Source: Candidatus Nomurabacteria bacterium (GTDB lineage: Bacteria; Patescibacteriota; Minisyncoccia; Phycocordibacterales; UBA9973). From it: a DNA stretch of 64,000 bases. The position numbers and the translations under genes are program-made. Shown one piece after another: positions 62,547 through 64,000 of the stretch; the first letter of the stretch is position 1, and each line of letters begins with the position of its first letter. The notes beneath the pieces were generated by a model. The model did no database searches, was not told where the DNA came from, and saw nothing but the letters and a program-made list of their open reading frames with translations. Where the stretch lies: the NCBI GenBank assembly GCA_943354905.1, contig CALRDL010000001.1, forward strand, positions 29,520 through 93,519, given 5' to 3'.

Positions 62547-64000
62547 CTAGTACACCTCTTGCTGATAGCAAGTCTCACAGTAAACTATTTCTTTTCGGTC
62601 GGGGGAATAGGAAGTTTCGAATTCGTTTTCACAGGCATGGCCTTTGTGGGCATGTTCCCTTGTATTTTTGTAAATTCCATTTGAAGAAGTATTGCCCAAG
62701 CATTGGCAACGTCTTTTCCAAAGTTTTATCGGATTTCTTGTCGATATTCTTTCACAGTAACGGCAGTTATAGCATAGTCTAGGTATCGGAATATTTAATC
62801 TTTTATAAAAATTGAACTCTGACTGGGTTATCTTGTAAGCTTTGGTGCATTGATGGGTGCAATCTCCTGCATGTTTGCAACTGATAACTTTTTGAGTTAT
62901 GGTACTATCTATCTCATTTAGAGAGTCCGGTAAATCATTTGCTGTTAGATCACTCTTGTATTCTTTAGAAATTCTTTCTCTCCAGAAATACCCTTTTGCT
63001 TCGGCTTCTTTTTTAGTGAGGGGAAATATTTCTTGAGCTACTGTCTCATTGTATCCAAAAGGGGAGAGATCACTTGGAAAGAAATCTCCATATACATAGG
63101 AGTTTCCTATGTTGTCTTTGTATTGCATAGTGTTGATATGCTCTATCAATTTCGGGATGAGTGCCAAATATTCTTCCTTCGAATACTGCTTATTAAAGAT
63201 GCAATAATTTTTATTGCGAAGCCCTACACAACCAAAAAGATTTGAGCAATTGTGGCAGTTGTAAGAATAAGAAACATCATGAGATTCGATAATAAACCTT
63301 GAACATATAACATTATTTCCGGGATATATGGTCGAGGCTTGATAAGAATTTTCTGAATTTTTACCAAAATGATCGCAGTCATAGCAATTTAGTACACTAG
63401 AATAGGCTAGCCAGATATTCGAGCAATCTTTAGCTCCATCAAAAACATCAAAACAATCTTTACAATTTTTTGTTCCTTCTAGATTGTCGCCAGATGAATT
63501 TATAGATCGTATTATACGAGCAAATTTGTGTGGATATTTTAAAATAAATTCTTCAAATTCTTTTTTATATTTTTGTATCTGAGAAAAAGAATTCAAGTTC
63601 ATCGCTTTTATTTTCTCTTCATAAGTTTTTTTATCGAATTGTTCGTTCCATATACAATATTGCGTGTTGCGTAGATTTACGCACCCAAAACAATCAGTGC
63701 AATTTTTGCAATTAAATAAAAAGGCAGAATCTATGCATCCTTCGCATTGCCGGCTGTATAAAAGTCTTGAACAAGAGATGCAATCGACACTCTCATAACT
63801 CAAATCACTTTTGGAAACCCAATGTAAGTCTATACTGTCTTTGGTGTTAAAAGTAAAACTGGAATACATGACGTTTTCATTAAAATCTCCACCGACTACG
63901 AGATAGCAATTTTTATTGCCTTCTGTAATGCTACAATAATCACTATTTATTCCGTTTAAATTTGCTAATGCGAAGTCTGGAACTTTTCGCCAGAGTCTTT
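62547..64000 (-). CDS. Cys-rich repeat protein (repeated CxxCxDCFGCVxLRNxxYCIxN modules); its N-terminus extends beyond the window
   Basis: The ORF remains open to the window edge. Contains a half Family C element in frame (NIGNSYVYGDF). Confidence 0.45.
   Translation of the reverse strand, partial: RLWRKVPDFALANLNGINSDYCSITEGNKNCYLVVGGDFNENVMYSSFTFNTKDSIDLHWVSKSDLSYESVDCISCSRLLYSRQCEGCIDSAFLFNCKNCTDCFGCVNLRNTQYCIWNEQFDKKTYEEKIKAMNLNSFSQIQKYKKEFEEFILKYPHKFARIIRSINSSGDNLEGTKNCKDCFDVFDGAKDCSNIWLAYSSVLNCYDCDHFGKNSENSYQASTIYPGNNVICSRFIIESHDVSYSYNCHNCSNLFGCVGLRNKNYCIFNKQYSKEEYLALIPKLIEHINTMQYKDNIGNSYVYGDFFPSDLSPFGYNETVAQEIFPLTKKEAEAKGYFWRERISKEYKSDLTANDLPDSLNEIDSTITQKVISCKHAGDCTHQCTKAYKITQSEFNFYKRLNIPIPRLCYNCRYCERISTRNPIKLWKRRCQCLGNTSSNGIYKNTREHAHKGHACENEFETSYSPDRKEIVYCETCYQQEVY

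Overview
This window reads as a low-GC (about 33%) bacterial chromosome with the gene content and order of a Candidate Phyla Radiation / Patescibacteria (Saccharibacteria-like) genome. It has four main parts.

**1. Core backbone.** uvrB, holA, polA, pilB, ruvB, ruvC, tyrS, a class A penicillin-binding protein, dnaN-dnaA with an oriC-like spacer, the rpmH-rnpA-yidD-yidC-jag cluster, rsmA, pcrA, an M23/LysM peptidase, a ZIP transporter, yraN, cca, and five tRNAs.

**2. Type IV secretion-like island (about 24.9-46.2 kb).** It contains a VirB4-like ATPase, a VirB6-like polytopic protein and several large secreted or surface proteins. Next to it is an unusual array: the 5' promoter and signal-anchor module of the VirB6-like gene is copied three more times. 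The copies sit in front of two different NYN-domain nuclease genes and a third unknown gene. A well-signalled small RNA candidate and a COG1373 ATPase lie alongside.

**3. Palindromic elements.** A REP-associated tyrosine transposase (RAYT) is flanked by REP-like palindromes. At least five further families of GC-rich palindromic elements are present. Many copies are inserted in frame inside conserved housekeeping genes (uvrB, holA, polA three times, ruvC, rsmA twice, pcrA twice, yraN, cca, and a Cys-rich protein). This resembles the Rickettsia-palindromic-element situation.

**4. Other accessory features.**
- An IS66-family element with a broken transposase lies next to tRNA-Lys.
- A cytidylyltransferase-GDPD fusion gene is bracketed by a roughly 120-bp direct duplication of a neighbouring gene's 5' end.
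- A roughly 2.7-kb high-GC (about 55-65%) two-gene island looks foreign.
- A dinJ-yafQ pair has a frameshifted toxin.
- Several structured intergenic elements are candidate ncRNAs or regulatory sites.

All calls come from reading the sequence and ORF translations by eye. No database searches were run.
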